Below, one piece after another: positions 61,614 to 62,150 of a stretch of DNA of 62,150 bases. The stretch covers positions 1 to 62,150 of the forward strand of contig CAZOOE010000001.1 in assembly GCA_964581275.1 (NCBI GenBank), given 5' to 3'. The DNA is from an uncultured Clostridia bacterium. GTDB taxonomy: Bacteria; Acidobacteriota; Blastocatellia; UBA7656. Within the stretch, counting starts at the first letter, position 1. Each line of letters starts with the position of its first letter. A program made the position numbers and the translations under genes. A model generated the notes under the pieces. The model did no database searches and was not told where the DNA came from. It saw only the letters and a list, made by a program, of their open reading frames with translations.

Positions 61614-62150
61614 ATGACTGAAGCGCTGTTTGTTCCACTGACCGGTTACTGGGAGTTTCGGCCGGAAGAGATGCGCAAGCGCGCCGCGGTTTTTCGTGAA
61701 GAGATGCGGCAGCGGCGCACAGTGCGTTATTTTTCTGACCGTCCGGTGGCGCGCGAAATCATCGAAGACTGCCTGATGGTCGCGGGCAGCGCGCCGAGCG
61801 GCGCCAACCTGCAACCCTGGCACTTCGTCGTCATCAGCGATCCGTCCGTCAAATCACAGATTCGCGCGGCGGCGGAGAAAGAGGAACAAGCTTTCTATCA
61901 CGGGCGCGCGCCGCAGGAATGGCTGGACGCACTCGCGCCGCTCGGCACGGATGAGCACAAACCTTATCTTGAAACCGCGCCTTATCTGATTGCGATCTTT
62001 GCGCAAAGTTATGGGCTGCTCTCCGACGGGCGGAAGGTCAAGAATTATTACGTCCAGGAATCGGTTGGGATTGCGACGGGCATGCTGATTACAGGGATTC
62101 ACCACGCGGGGTTGGCGTCGTTGACGCACACGCCCAGTCCGATGGGGTTT
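61614..62150 (+). CDS. Nitroreductase-family protein (iodotyrosine-deiodinase-like), 5' part; runs off the window
   Basis: The frame is open from the ATG at 61614 to the window end. It reads [41 protein letters not shown]. It is absent from the ORF track because it has no stop. Confidence 0.8.
   Translation, partial: MTEALFVPLTGYWEFRPEEMRKRAAVFREEMRQRRTVRYFSDRPVAREIIEDCLMVAGSAPSGANLQPWHFVVISDPSVKSQIRAAAEKEEQAFYHGRAPQEWLDALAPLGTDEHKPYLETAPYLIAIFAQSYGLLSDGRKVKNYYVQESVGIATGMLITGIHHAGLASLTHTPSPMGF

Overview
This 62-kb window is GC-rich and looks like an Acidobacteria-type chromosome. It has three or four CarboxypepD_reg-type TonB-dependent receptors, M16 peptidase pairs, an ECF sigma/anti-sigma pair and a CadC-like wHTH-TPR regulator.

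The left ~17 kb is mobile or accessory DNA:
- Two paralogous mobC + MOBQ-like relaxase modules lie at 3-2524 and 13883-16619. No T4SS genes are present, so these look like mobilizable elements.
- A HigBA-like TA cassette has a frameshifted toxin. It is bracketed by a perfect 171-bp direct repeat built from the relaxase 3' end, which leaves a relaxase C-terminal remnant.
- A minus-strand cargo trio follows: an ankyrin-repeat protein, a wHTH-Fic protein with a degenerate active site, and a secreted TonB_C protein.
- A 44-nt 3' half of tRNA-Lys(CUU) sits next to a tyrosine integrase.
- Downstream come an excisionase-like HTH, an RHH protein and a stand-alone sigma-54 activator.
- A 22-bp perfect palindrome directly upstream of the second mobC also reads as a -24/-12 promoter.
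- A 26-bp palindromic operator, TGGCGCGA-N10-TCGCGCCA, recurs at two loci: upstream of the TA cassette and upstream of fic.

Right of the island:
- A badly decayed OmpR/CusR-like two-component system (16.7-17.8 kb).
- A metal locus with a TonB-dependent receptor, a double NicO-type Ni/Co transporter fusion, a TPR protein and a DUF4331 remnant.
- An envelope-protein set (OMP barrel, YceI, spondin_N-like) next to the ECF sigma/anti-sigma pair.
- A radical-SAM/SPASM - DoxX - DUF2064 - GT-C::GT2 cluster. The DUF2064 gene carries an in-frame TAG.
- A GntR regulator with a 1237-aa TonB-dependent receptor.
- PLP enzymes.
- A segmentally duplicated M16 peptidase pair split by GH13 and PhyH genes.
- Erythromycin-esterase-like and alpha/beta hydrolase genes.

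Several gene fragments (lactonase, BNR, LanC-like, beta-lactamase-like) point to ongoing gene decay. I saw no CRISPR array, rRNA or intact tRNA.

All family names come from motif recognition by eye and need HMM or BLAST confirmation.
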